The position numbers and the translations under genes were made by a program. Positions 38,858 through 48,998 of a stretch of DNA of 64,000 nt are shown here, one piece after another. Source of the stretch: Nitrosomonas sp. (GTDB lineage: Bacteria > Pseudomonadota > Gammaproteobacteria > Burkholderiales > Nitrosomonadaceae); contig JADZAR010000086.1 of NCBI GenBank assembly GCA_020852475.1, forward strand, positions 32,631 through 96,630, read 5' to 3'. Numbering within the stretch: the first letter of the stretch is position 1; every line of letters begins with the position of its first letter. The notes below the pieces were generated by a model. It was given only the letters and a program-made list of their open reading frames with translations. It did no database searches and was not told the origin of the DNA.

Positions 38858-39475
38858 TCAGGGATTGCTGGCCATTGCTTCAATATATTCTATTCTCACT
38901 TTGGTCACCCCTTGTTTGTCCAACCCAATTTTTTTTGCGGCACCATGCGAAAGATCAATTAATCGATTCTTTGTGAAGGGACCACGATCGTTTACTGTTA
39001 CAACAACAGATCGTCCATTCCGTAGATTGGTAACTTTTACTTTGGCCGGTAAAGGAAGCGTTTTATGCGCTGCAGTTATGCCTTGTGGATTAAAACGTGT
39101 TCCCATCGCTGTACGATTACCGGATTCTGATCCGTACCATGAAGCAATTCCCGTTTCTGTATAACCCACTGCTGTTCGCATTGGATAATAGGTTTTGCCT
39201 TTAACCGTATACGCCTTATTATAAGGTGCATTAACGTTTGGATGCGCACTGATCTCCGGGGTTTGCTTTATGGTTGGTGTAGGCACCCTGAATGGCGTAG
39301 AACACCCCGTAAACAAAATTGCAATGAAAACAACAAGTATGAAAAGAGTTAGAGTTCTGCCCTTCTTTTTTGAAGCTGGTATACCTGACTCCGTCACACT
39401 TTGCGATGATGGAACAAAATTTCGCATGATAATAATAAGAGGTTTGTTCACCATAAGACTCTGTCTCATTGCCAT
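38858..39475 (-). CDS. rlpA: Septal-ring lytic transglycosylase RlpA-family lipoprotein (DPBB domain only)
   Basis: The lipobox is ILFTGC. The DPBB motif is GIASWYGSESGNRTAMG...AAHKTLPLP..VKVTNL.NGRSVVVTVNDRGPF. The start is uncertain; alternative in-frame ATGs are at 39469, 39454 and 39427. Confidence 0.8.
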   Translation of the reverse strand: MAMRQSLMVNKPLIIIMRNFVPSSQSVTESGIPASKKKGRTLTLFILVVFIAILFTGCSTPFRVPTPTIKQTPEISAHPNVNAPYNKAYTVKGKTYYPMRTAVGYTETGIASWYGSESGNRTAMGTRFNPQGITAAHKTLPLPAKVKVTNLRNGRSVVVTVNDRGPFTKNRLIDLSHGAAKKIGLDKQGVTKVRIEYIEAMASNP

Positions 39476-39571
39476 ACAAGAAATTATTTATTTTGAATAT
39501 GTAAAAGTATAAACCCTCTTTTTCTTTTACTATAAATATTACTATCGAAGCAAGTCATTTTTTTGGCTATA

Positions 39572-40210
39572 TTATTTTTTTAACTTACTACTTCCAGTCG
39601 AAGATGACAAATCAATGTAATTTCGATGCATACACACTACCTGTTCTCTTAAACAATACATATCGTCATTATTGACAATAATATCATCAGCCTTTTCCAA
39701 ACGCTGCTTTCGATTGAGCTGTACAGTCATAATCGCCTTGACTTCCTCCGCACTGAGATGACTGCGCGTCATTGCGCGCATAATCTGCAATCGTTCATCG
39801 CAATCAATTACCAGGATACGATTAATCAAATGGCCATAATCATTTGTTTCAAGGAGTAATGGAACTGCAATAATCACATACGGTGATTTGCAATGCAAAA
39901 TACGTTTTGTGACTATCTCAAGTATGAGCGGGTGAAGCAGTGCTTCAAGTTTGACACGACAATTGCTGTCTGTAAAAACCAGTCTGCGCATTCTAACCCT
40001 ATCGAGCACACCATCAATAGTAATGTATTCTTCGCCAAATTGACTGCGAATCACTGGTATTGCTGCGCCATTATATTGCGTTAATTCATGCGAAATTTGA
40101 TCAGTATCTATTACATCAATACCAAGTTCGGTAAAAATTTTACACGCACTTGATTTGCCGCAACCGATCCCACCTGTTAAACCGACAACTAAAGTCACTC
40201 TGCCACGCAC
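39572..40210 (-). CDS. coaE: Dephospho-CoA kinase
   Basis: The P-loop is VGLTGGIGCGKSS. The start is GTG. The position after pilD is typical. Confidence 0.9.
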   Translation of the reverse strand: MRGRVTLVVGLTGGIGCGKSSACKIFTELGIDVIDTDQISHELTQYNGAAIPVIRSQFGEEYITIDGVLDRVRMRRLVFTDSNCRVKLEALLHPLILEIVTKRILHCKSPYVIIAVPLLLETNDYGHLINRILVIDCDERLQIMRAMTRSHLSAEEVKAIMTVQLNRKQRLEKADDIIVNNDDMYCLREQVVCMHRNYIDLSSSTGSSKLKK

Positions 40211-40216
40211 AGAAAA

Positions 40217-41077
40217 TTAGAATAAACCAAAATAAGCATGGGTGATACTTTGTCCCCATATCAAAGCGATCAACGCACCACCAGCAAGATAAGGTCCAAA
40301 AGGAATCATGGTATTTTTATTACGTTTGAAAATAATAATGAGCCCCAAACCCACCATCCCACCAACAAGTGATGAAAGCAATATTACCAGTGGCAAAACA
40401 CTCCATCCGAGCCATGCACCAATAGCAGCTAATAGTTTAAAGTCTCCATAACCCATACCTTCCTTACCAGTAATTAACTTAAAAGTCCAGTAAATCATCC
40501 ATAATGACAAGTAACCGGCAATCGCACCGGTCACTGACGAATGCAAATCAGTAAAGCCGTTATTCATGTTGACAAGTATTCCAAGCCACACTAACGGTAA
40601 CGTTATATCATCCGGTAATAATTGGGTTTCAATATCTATAGCTGCAAGAGCGATAAGCGCCCAGACAAAAATGAGTGCGGCTAACAGTAACCACCCAAAC
40701 CCAAAATGCCAGGCGACAAAACCGCTCGATATTGCAGTAAATGCTTCAACAAACGGATAGCGGATTGAAATCGGGAATTGACACTCCGAACAACGCCCCC
40801 TGAGAAAAATATAACTCAGAATCGGAATATTCTCCCAAATCGTAATACGATGCTGACAGCTGGGGCATTCCGAACGTGGTATAGCAATATTAAAAGTCGG
40901 AATTGTCTCGACTGGCTCTCCACGCAATTCTGCACATTGCAAACGCCAGCTTCTTTCTATCATTTTAGGCAGGCGATATATAACAACATTTAGAAAACTG
41001 CCAACCATCAAACCGACGATAGTGACAGCAATAATCAAATAACCGATAGAATCCTGCATTTGATCAAATATGAGCAT
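40217..41077 (-). CDS. pilD: Prepilin peptidase / N-methyltransferase (A24 family)
   Basis: The Cys motifs are CPSCQH...CSEC. It also has MGYGDFKLLAAIGAWLG. The protein is multi-pass. Confidence 0.9.
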   Translation of the reverse strand: MLIFDQMQDSIGYLIIAVTIVGLMVGSFLNVVIYRLPKMIERSWRLQCAELRGEPVETIPTFNIAIPRSECPSCQHRITIWENIPILSYIFLRGRCSECQFPISIRYPFVEAFTAISSGFVAWHFGFGWLLLAALIFVWALIALAAIDIETQLLPDDITLPLVWLGILVNMNNGFTDLHSSVTGAIAGYLSLWMIYWTFKLITGKEGMGYGDFKLLAAIGAWLGWSVLPLVILLSSLVGGMVGLGLIIIFKRNKNTMIPFGPYLAGGALIALIWGQSITHAYFGLF

Positions 41078-41196
41078 GTCTCTGATTAGATATTAGAAAA
41101 GTGTGACCCGTTTCCCTGAAACGGCCTGCAGACGAAAGATTGTAACCTTGGTTCGCAGATAAAAAAAGTATTCGATTAATACTTTGTCAGCGCAAT

Positions 41197-42438
41197 CTAA
41201 CCGACAGCCATACCCATTTTAAAGATAGGCAAATACATAGCAACAACCATACCGCCAATGAGCGTGCCGAGCACAACCATGATCAAGGGCTCCATTAAAC
41301 TGGAAAGTGCCTCCACGGCATCATCAACTTCCGCTTCAAAGAAATCTGCAATTTTGCTTAACATGGCATCCAGAGATCCCGCTTCTTCACCAATGGCAAC
41401 CATTTGTATCACCATATTGGGAAATAACTCAGTATTTACCATTGATGAAGTCAAAGTATTCCCAACACTCACATCAACCTGAATTTTCTTAGTGGCTTCA
41501 AAATAAATATAGTTTCCACAGGCTCCAGCGACAGAATCCAATGATTCAACGAGAGGCACGCCCGCGGCAAACATGGTAGAAAGTGTTCTTGACCAGCGTG
41601 CAATAGTCGCTTTTCTGATTACTTCACCGAAAACAGGCAGCTTCAGCATCATCCTATCCATAATACGCTGCAAGGCTACCGAGCGCTTCCAAGTATATAG
41701 AAAAGCATAAATACTACCGCCTAGACAACCAAATATAGCCCACCAATAATCAACGAAAAAATCGGAAATCGTCATGATGAAAAGAGTGGGCGCAGGCAAA
41801 TCAGCACCGAAATTGTCGAATAAATCTTTAAATGAGGGTATAACAAAGATCATCATTACAGCAGTAATAACAAATGCAACAACGATGATAGATAGCGGGT
41901 AAAACAAAGCTGACTTGATTTTCCCCTTGATAGCCTGGATTTTTTCCTTGTAAGTCGCAAGGCGGTCAAGTAATGTATCCAGAATACCCGCAGCTTCACC
42001 AGCGCCCACTAAATTACAGAAAAGGTTATCAAAATAAAGTGGATATTTTCGGAATGCATCAGCCAGATTACTGCCGGTTTCCACATCTGTTTTAATATCC
42101 ATCAATAGTTTACTTAACGCTCTGTTACTATGTCCTTTTCCGACTATGTCAAAAGCCTGCAGCAAAGGTACTCCAGATTTCATCATTGTAGCAAGTTGCC
42201 GGGTAAATAACGTGATATCCTTATCGGTCACTCTTCCACCAGATTGGCTGGCTTCTTTTACTTTCGTTACACGAATACCCTGACGACGTAACGATGAAGT
42301 GACAACAACCGCTCCGGCTGCTCTCATTTCTCCTTTCAGCTGCTTGCCGTTCTTGTCTTTTCCTTCCCATAAGAAACTTACCTCTTTGACTTCTTTTCCT
42401 TTTTTCTCTGGACTTGCTGTAACAGCTCCCATAATCAC
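41197..42438 (-). CDS. pilC: Type IV pilus assembly platform protein PilC (GspF family)
   Basis: The protein is 413 aa with duplicated GspF domains (FTRQLATMMKSGVPLLQA ... WSRTLSTMFAAGVPLVES). Confidence 0.9.
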   Translation of the reverse strand: MIMGAVTASPEKKGKEVKEVSFLWEGKDKNGKQLKGEMRAAGAVVVTSSLRRQGIRVTKVKEASQSGGRVTDKDITLFTRQLATMMKSGVPLLQAFDIVGKGHSNRALSKLLMDIKTDVETGSNLADAFRKYPLYFDNLFCNLVGAGEAAGILDTLLDRLATYKEKIQAIKGKIKSALFYPLSIIVVAFVITAVMMIFVIPSFKDLFDNFGADLPAPTLFIMTISDFFVDYWWAIFGCLGGSIYAFLYTWKRSVALQRIMDRMMLKLPVFGEVIRKATIARWSRTLSTMFAAGVPLVESLDSVAGACGNYIYFEATKKIQVDVSVGNTLTSSMVNTELFPNMVIQMVAIGEEAGSLDAMLSKIADFFEAEVDDAVEALSSLMEPLIMVVLGTLIGGMVVAMYLPIFKMGMAVG

Positions 42439-42623
42439 TCCTTAAAAACGGGGAAATATCAGTAGCATTGAATAAAATCGACTATTTACGATTTTGATAA
42501 ATTGCTTACACAAACGGCAGCTTGCAGTCGATAGCTTAGTACAAACAGTCCAGAGGTAGAAAAGAAAAAATTTTTAACAAGTTGAAAAGAGGAAAAAAAT
42601 ATTAGCTATTTTGAATTAGACGC

Positions 42624-44042
42624 TTATAGCCTAGCAAAGATTTGATCACCAAGAATTGCAGTTATCAGCTTGTTCTCAATTTCCTGATATTGTTTGTGTG
42701 TATAGCGCGAAGGTGTTGAATCGCGCCAGACTGGATTCTGTCGCAATGCATTGATAAGATTCACCCAGTCGGCGGGTAATTGTAGTTTCTCAGGTGTTTC
42801 GATCTGCATGGCATTGTTAGCTGCATGGCCTCTGTGCATCAGTTTTTCCAACAGCTGTTTTTGACGAAAATATAATATTTGTAGTGTGCTTTCATCTACA
42901 CAGAGCCATTTGGCGCCCTGTAATTTTGCCTTTATTTCATCGCCATAACGTCTAAAAGTAGACCATCCAGCACCGGCCAGCGCTCCTAGTGCACTGGCTG
43001 CTCCCAGACTCAAACCGCCGACCATAAGATCAATACCAGCGCCTGCCGCCGCACCTTTTGCCGCTGCACTACCGACGTCAAGTCCATATGCTTTTAAAAT
43101 ACCAGGAGCAAAGATATCTAGCTCCCAATGACCATCGTGAACAGGGATTTTTTGAATTGCAACATCTTTCTCTGAAAAATTAAAAATTTTCAGCAAATCA
43201 TGAAGGCATTCTTGTTCCGCTTTTCGTACATAATCGCGTATGCGATTTTCATTTAACGATTCAGTTATCTGACTATTATGCGAGTTTTTGCTTTCACGGT
43301 AACATGCCACACTGACAATCAATTCCGCTATTCGCTTGGCGCCCGACAAACAAAGTTGTTTCCAGACTTTGGCGCGATAATCAATCAGCAATTGCAGGTT
43401 ATGGTAATGTTTCTCAACCAATGTCTGAATCTTCTGATAAAGCCGCTTCTCTGCTTCGAAAGTAAAGGCTACAGTATCGAACTCGAGTGTCGCATGAATA
43501 TTGTAAGTCGCCAGCCGTTCGCGCCAGCGTGACAATTCCTGTTCATGTCCGGCAACAAAATTAAAAACCGGAATAATTGGCTTTGCCGAACGTGTCAATA
43601 TTTCAAGTTCGACACGGTATTTCTCCAGTAAAGGCTCTCTTACATCGATAATATAGAGCAACACGTCGCTTCGCAAAACCTGGCGAATGACTTTAGCCTC
43701 CTGCTCCAATGGATCATGAAGCGAAATATTGGCAACAAAATCCTCCAAAATTTTTACAGGCGACACTGATCGAGATTGAGTGCTTGCGTATTTCAAGTAG
43801 GCGTGCAATGCAAGCGTATCTTCCAGTCCTGGCGTATCATGCAAATTAAGTATCGGAATATCGCCTGCAGAGATAGTTGCCTGCTCAACATGTCGTGTGG
43901 TGCCTGCGGCATCTTCAACCTCGCCGAATTCGCTGCTGCGCAGCATTGTGCGAATCAGCGATGTTTTTCCTGTATTGGTATGCCCCACCACAGCAACATT
44001 GAGTAAAGTCGGCGCATCGGAGAATGAGAAAGATTTGTTCAT
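42624..44042 (-). CDS. Membrane-associated P-loop GTPase with a DUF3482-like C-terminal region
   Basis: G1 is VVGHTNTGKTS, the G2 region is GTTRH and G3 is HDTPG. I could find no canonical NKxD. A glycine-zipper hydrophobic segment (GAAAGAGIDLMVGGLSLGAASALGALAGAGW) is present. The DUF name is from memory. Confidence 0.65.
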   Translation of the reverse strand: MNKSFSFSDAPTLLNVAVVGHTNTGKTSLIRTMLRSSEFGEVEDAAGTTRHVEQATISAGDIPILNLHDTPGLEDTLALHAYLKYASTQSRSVSPVKILEDFVANISLHDPLEQEAKVIRQVLRSDVLLYIIDVREPLLEKYRVELEILTRSAKPIIPVFNFVAGHEQELSRWRERLATYNIHATLEFDTVAFTFEAEKRLYQKIQTLVEKHYHNLQLLIDYRAKVWKQLCLSGAKRIAELIVSVACYRESKNSHNSQITESLNENRIRDYVRKAEQECLHDLLKIFNFSEKDVAIQKIPVHDGHWELDIFAPGILKAYGLDVGSAAAKGAAAGAGIDLMVGGLSLGAASALGALAGAGWSTFRRYGDEIKAKLQGAKWLCVDESTLQILYFRQKQLLEKLMHRGHAANNAMQIETPEKLQLPADWVNLINALRQNPVWRDSTPSRYTHKQYQEIENKLITAILGDQIFARL

Positions 44043-44048
44043 AACCTT

Positions 44049-45467
44049 CTAGGTCGTAATCACGTGCTCAGCCGGAATGCGGCAGTTCTCCGCCAGACGA
44101 AACCAGGCCATTTCACGACCTTCAACAACAGGTACAGCAGGATTTTTATTGAGCAACAATAACCAAGGCGTACAATGCGTAACAGCAAGCAAATCGGCAA
44201 TCATGCGTTGAATACCTCGATCCGGTAAGCGGTTGGCCGCGACACCAATGACAAGTGCTCCTTCCAGCTTTTTCACATACTCGACAGCTTCCGCCAAAGA
44301 CTGCATGTCCACAATATTGTATTGGCAAGAAAGAGACTCAGGCCAGCATGCTTGATCATCCAGCTCTATGCCCAATGCATGCGCCCCAGCTGGAAGAAGA
44401 TATGTCTGACGAGGCTGAACAATCTGTGTCGGTTCTATGCCTGCCAGCGGGTCTGCATCAACAACTTTCGAAGTTGTTCTGCGCGTCATTAGCTGCTGCC
44501 GTAACTCAACATAATAAGGTAAATATAAATCCAGCTTAAAACCTCGCTCAGCCCATCTCAACATCGCCACTGAAAAAGTGAGCGCTATCAAGCGAGGCAG
44601 CAATCCATAGATCAACAAAGCACCGATTAAGAATCGAGCCCAGGCTGCGCGTGTTTCTGAATTCTGTATGCCCTCTCCCATTCTGCTGGCTGAAATCTGG
44701 TGGCTATCAGGGGTTTCTAATCCAATAATCTGTAATGGACTGCTCAAAAATTCGGTCAGCCTTGGCAAGCTGCTTTCAGATAATAATGTCGTTCCCCATA
44801 TGAAATTGTATTGTTTAGCCATCATCAGCAAAATTAACAACAACAATCCCGCAGTAAGGTATGCCAACCAAAATTTATGTGTCAATACACTGACGCGCCA
44901 TTTCCCGACCGTTCCTGTCAAACAGCTATCCCACCAGGCGCGCGAAGCCAGTGATCCAATCGTTTCTTCAGTATCTTTTTTTCGAAAGGACGCCCAACTG
45001 ACCAATTGCGCTGCCACACCACTACTCAGACTTTGCAGTCTCAATGAAATGCCGATAACCCATAATATTAGCGCCACCAAATTAAATCCCAACAATACCG
45101 CAAGTAGCCAATAAATATTTAATGTATCTGATTCACTTACTGCATTGCCGGCAGCTACGCCACCGAAAATCACTGCAACAACCAGACTAATCCTGCTCGC
45201 ATGATTAAACTGTTGTGGCGATTTTGCAATATGCGCTTCCAAACCATTATCACGTATCAACAAGTCCGCGCGCCGTGTTAATCGCTGGGTAAAGTCAGCA
45301 TATTTGAAATCGGTTACTGGATACCTATCCACATTAGCCACACTCGTATATGACAGCTTCTTGGTATGAACAGATTCAATTCTGCGTAGTTGTTCAATAC
45401 GCACAAGATCAGCAAATGAATTTTTTGTTACGGTCATTAAAATTGTTTTTATAAAATCAGAAACCAC
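44049..45467 (-). CDS. Polytopic membrane protein (DUF2868-like), upstream partner of the GTPase
   Basis: The protein is 472 aa with several hydrophobic segments between soluble N- and C-terminal regions. Its stop is 6 nt before the GTPase start. The DUF name is from memory of this conserved pair. Confidence 0.55.
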   Translation of the reverse strand: MVSDFIKTILMTVTKNSFADLVRIEQLRRIESVHTKKLSYTSVANVDRYPVTDFKYADFTQRLTRRADLLIRDNGLEAHIAKSPQQFNHASRISLVVAVIFGGVAAGNAVSESDTLNIYWLLAVLLGFNLVALILWVIGISLRLQSLSSGVAAQLVSWASFRKKDTEETIGSLASRAWWDSCLTGTVGKWRVSVLTHKFWLAYLTAGLLLLILLMMAKQYNFIWGTTLLSESSLPRLTEFLSSPLQIIGLETPDSHQISASRMGEGIQNSETRAAWARFLIGALLIYGLLPRLIALTFSVAMLRWAERGFKLDLYLPYYVELRQQLMTRRTTSKVVDADPLAGIEPTQIVQPRQTYLLPAGAHALGIELDDQACWPESLSCQYNIVDMQSLAEAVEYVKKLEGALVIGVAANRLPDRGIQRMIADLLAVTHCTPWLLLLNKNPAVPVVEGREMAWFRLAENCRIPAEHVITT

Positions 45468-45592
45468 TACTCGGTAAATAGCGATAGAATCGATTGCAAG
45501 AAAACGAGGACATAATTGACATTAGGTACTCAGAAAAATATGATGAAAGTATTAGTTAACTGCTTTGCAATCTATTAACGACAGGAAATTCC

Positions 45593-46294
45593 ATGAAGCC
45601 GGTTGCAATTTTCAGACACTTGCCTATTGAAGGGCCAGGCTATTTTGCCACATTTCTCGACAACAATCATATCCCATGGCAATTGATAAAGGTTGATGCT
45701 GGTGAAAACCCTCCCGATAGCATAAAACCATTTAGTGGTCTGGTATTTATGGGCGGCCCCATGAGCGTCAATGACGATCTGCCTTGGATAGAGTCGTCCC
45801 TGAATCTCATTCGACAGGCCATCGATCTGGAAATACCGGTACTAGGACACTGCCTAGGTGGTCAATTGATGGCAAAAGCTCTCGGTGGTTCTGTTACACA
45901 AAATCCAGTCAAGGAAATGGGTTGGGGCAAAGTGACTGTCAGAAAAAATTCTATCGCTCGAGCCTGGTTTAAAGATTTAACAGAATTTGAAACTTTCCAC
46001 TGGCATGGCGAGACCTTCAGTCTACCGGAAAAAGCGACCTGTATTCTTTCCAACCAATATTGCGAAAATCAGGCCTTCGCGATAGGAATACATTTGGGTA
46101 TGCAATGCCATGTCGAAATGAATGAGCGCATGATAAAGGACTGGTGTGACGTCGGCTACGAAGAATTAATGCAACTGAATTCTCCAACAGTTCAATCGCC
46201 GCAGGAAATTGAGACACATCTGACCGACAGAGTAGCAAATCTCAATACCGTGGCTAAGCTCTTATATACAAAATGGATAGCGGCGCTGAAATAG
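45593..46294 (+). CDS. Class I glutamine amidotransferase-like protein (GuaA-N/GATase1 type)
   Basis: The nucleophile elbow is LGHCLGGQL and the His/Glu pair is in MQCHVEM. The protein is 233 aa. Confidence 0.8.
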   Translation: MKPVAIFRHLPIEGPGYFATFLDNNHIPWQLIKVDAGENPPDSIKPFSGLVFMGGPMSVNDDLPWIESSLNLIRQAIDLEIPVLGHCLGGQLMAKALGGSVTQNPVKEMGWGKVTVRKNSIARAWFKDLTEFETFHWHGETFSLPEKATCILSNQYCENQAFAIGIHLGMQCHVEMNERMIKDWCDVGYEELMQLNSPTVQSPQEIETHLTDRVANLNTVAKLLYTKWIAALK

Positions 46295-46464
46295 ATAGGT
46301 TTATATTTTGACTCCTTGAGACTTTTGCAAAAGCCCATAGCGGATATCATAACCTATTGTTTTTATTAATCTGGCATTTTATAAAATAAGGTTTTGCAAA
46401 GATTTCTTCTTATTTAGTTTCCTGATTATCGGAACTGTTTTGAACACCGATAAAAAGAAACACT

Positions 46465-46926
46465 TTAAAGAGCCTTGACAGACTCCAGCACATCCGTCAC
46501 ATGACCGGCAACTTTAACACCACGCCATTCGTTTCTCAGGTTGCCGTTAGCATCAATTAAGAATGTACTTCGTTCTATGCCTCGAACTTGTTTGCCATAC
46601 ATATTTTTCATCTTAATCACATCAAACTGCTGGCAAACTATCTCTTCTTCATCACTCAAAAGCTCGAAAGGAAAATTCATTTTAGCTTTGAAGTTTTCAT
46701 GCGATTTTATGCTATCGCGCGATATTCCTATAATGTCACAATTCAAGCTCTGGAAAGCAGCATAATTATCCCGGAAATCCTCCCCTTCAGTTGTACATCC
46801 GGGTGTATTATCTTTTGGGTAAAAATATAAAACCAAATTTTTACCGCGCATTTCAGACAAGGAAAAAAGTCCCCCACTCGTTGCAGGCAACTGAAAATCT
46901 GTAACCGGCTTATTCATTTCTAGCAT
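46465..46926 (-). CDS. bcp: Thioredoxin-dependent peroxiredoxin Bcp
   Basis: It contains YFYPKDNTPGCTTE. The protein is 153 aa. Confidence 0.9.
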   Translation of the reverse strand: MLEMNKPVTDFQLPATSGGLFSLSEMRGKNLVLYFYPKDNTPGCTTEGEDFRDNYAAFQSLNCDIIGISRDSIKSHENFKAKMNFPFELLSDEEEIVCQQFDVIKMKNMYGKQVRGIERSTFLIDANGNLRNEWRGVKVAGHVTDVLESVKAL

Positions 46927-46992
46927 ATTAATACAACAATGAAGTTGTTCTGAATGAACATACGATTTTTATTTTCATAATGCAATACAAGG

Positions 46993-48366
46993 CTATGGAA
47001 TGCGCGAATCGATCATGATAGCTACATTATTTGCACCAACTTTAACGGGATTACTTAATCCTTGCAAATCACCACTTGAAGGTACCGCCTGACCTGATCT
47101 CGAAATCCGTGCCTCTATAATCACGTTTGGAAAGCTCGATAACTTCATTGTCGGAGTCATAGCCATTTCATCCGTTAATGTAAATACAGCTGGCAAATCA
47201 GATGCTTTTAATCGCAAAATAGCTAATGGCATCTTTGGACCAGTCTCAGCACGCGCGTAAATAAACAGAGTATCGTTTGGATTAACACTGGACGAGACAG
47301 TATCGCTTATAGCTACAGTTCCTGATATTGATAGCGATGAAGATCCTGCAGACGAAGTTGATGATGCGTCCAGTTCCCCTTGTTGAGATTTTATATCACT
47401 GGCATTGCTGTTTGATTTTTTGTCAACCGCGCCAACTGAATCACTGGCTTCAGCAACCTGTACAGGTTGAGCACCAGATTCTTTTACTGCTAGCTCTCTT
47501 GCATCGGCGATACTCTCTCTGACGGATTGCGCGAGTTGTGATTCATCCGGAATAACGGCCAATAGTCTTTCCCAGTACACTGCGGCCTGATTAAATTCTT
47601 TTTTTTCATATTCCACAGTACCCGCTAATGCCAATGCTTTTGGATATTCCGGATCTACATTCAGCGCTTCCATAATCAATTCAAAAGGTTTACCAATGAG
47701 ACTGCCATTGTTGGTCATCGCCAGCACATCAGCATAATCACTGAGAATCTGAGGATTCTTAGGAATCATTTCATTCAATCGAGCATATGTGTTGGCAGCT
47801 TCATCATACCGCTTCATAATCGCGTATGTGCGCGCCAACATAAACCAACCCTCTATATCTTCCGGGTTATTGTTCAATCTGGTGATTAAATTATCAAGCA
47901 CAGACATAAAATTATCGTGCCCAGCAGGTGTCTCAGTATTATTGCTTGGGTGCTGTTGCATCTGCGTAGCACTCGCCAGCTGTGCTTGCGGTAATAATCC
48001 ACGTGTATCGCCAATTTCAAGATACAAATAAACAGCAGCAATCGGTAATGCCATTACAATTACTGTTGATATCGCAATATTTGCAAATCCGCCGAGATTC
48101 TTGGTCTCAACCTCCGTCCGGTCAGGAATATCCTGCAACATACGTTGTTGTAATTCCTGTTTACTTTGACTATATTGGTCCTGCGTAAGAATATCGTTTT
48201 CCAGATCCTTCTCGAGTTCTGCAAGCTGATCACGATAAACAGTCACATTAACAGCATCGCGCTCAACACGTTCTTCCTGTTCGTTTCGACCTTTCAAAAG
48301 GGCTGGTACTATAAAAAGCAGCGCTACGACTATCAAGATGCCTGAAATTACCCAGAATCCCGTCAT
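46993..48366 (-). CDS. ccmI: Cytochrome c-type biogenesis protein CcmI (CycH) with TPR region, Ser-rich linker and C-terminal domain
   Basis: It has an N-terminal TM pair and TPR-like repeats. It is the last gene of the ccm operon and overlaps the ccmH stop by 4 nt. Confidence 0.8.
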   Translation of the reverse strand: MTGFWVISGILIVVALLFIVPALLKGRNEQEERVERDAVNVTVYRDQLAELEKDLENDILTQDQYSQSKQELQQRMLQDIPDRTEVETKNLGGFANIAISTVIVMALPIAAVYLYLEIGDTRGLLPQAQLASATQMQQHPSNNTETPAGHDNFMSVLDNLITRLNNNPEDIEGWFMLARTYAIMKRYDEAANTYARLNEMIPKNPQILSDYADVLAMTNNGSLIGKPFELIMEALNVDPEYPKALALAGTVEYEKKEFNQAAVYWERLLAVIPDESQLAQSVRESIADARELAVKESGAQPVQVAEASDSVGAVDKKSNSNASDIKSQQGELDASSTSSAGSSSLSISGTVAISDTVSSSVNPNDTLFIYARAETGPKMPLAILRLKASDLPAVFTLTDEMAMTPTMKLSSFPNVIIEARISRSGQAVPSSGDLQGLSNPVKVGANNVAIMIDSRIP

Positions 48367-48998
48367 ATTTTATTACCTTTATTTTCATTCGTTGAAATTT
48401 CAGACGTTCTCTGATGCTTTCCACCCATAGTTTTCTCTTGTTTCATTAAATTTTCACTTGAATTTTGTAGTTGTAAACTTTCTGTTTTGTCATTGAGCAT
48501 TGCGGAAATTTTCTTCTCATCAGCTTCGGTCAATCTGACTTCCTCGATTTGAACTCGCCTCATCTTCAAATATCGAACCAAAAACCACAGACCGATCATA
48601 AACATGATCAAAGGACCAAACCATAACAATACGGTTGTTGCTTTCATCGGTGGATTGTAAAGTACAAAGTCTCCATAACGGTCGACCAGAAAATCAATAA
48701 TTTCTGCATCGGTCTTATTTGCTTTGATTTGCTCACGAATGATGCGACGAATGTCATTGGAGAATTCGGCTCGCGAATCTGCGATGGACTCGTTTTGACA
48801 CACCAGGCACCGGAGATCTTCAGTCAATATCAGCATTCTTTTTTCAACTTCAGGATCTTCCGCTACAGGAACCGCTTCTTTATATGCCTCTTGCGCCCAC
48901 CCGAGCCCCGAGAATAATAGAAAAGTGGCCAGACATACCAAGACCCCAGCAATCTTTTCACGATTATCAATAGTAAATAAAAAATACTGCGGCATCAT
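48363..48998 (-). CDS. ccmH: Cytochrome c-type biogenesis protein CcmH (CycL)
   Basis: It has the LRCLVCQNESIADS motif. The protein is 211 aa with a hydrophilic C-terminal tail. Confidence 0.85.
   Translation of the reverse strand: MMPQYFLFTIDNREKIAGVLVCLATFLLFSGLGWAQEAYKEAVPVAEDPEVEKRMLILTEDLRCLVCQNESIADSRAEFSNDIRRIIREQIKANKTDAEIIDFLVDRYGDFVLYNPPMKATTVLLWFGPLIMFMIGLWFLVRYLKMRRVQIEEVRLTEADEKKISAMLNDKTESLQLQNSSENLMKQEKTMGGKHQRTSEISTNENKGNKI

Noticed and set aside
44668-45114. A 148-aa plus-strand ORF antisense to the DUF2868-like gene, and similar antisense ORFs in infB (57233-57712, 57819-58298)
   Set aside because: They are embedded antisense in longer, better-supported CDSs and have low-complexity composition.
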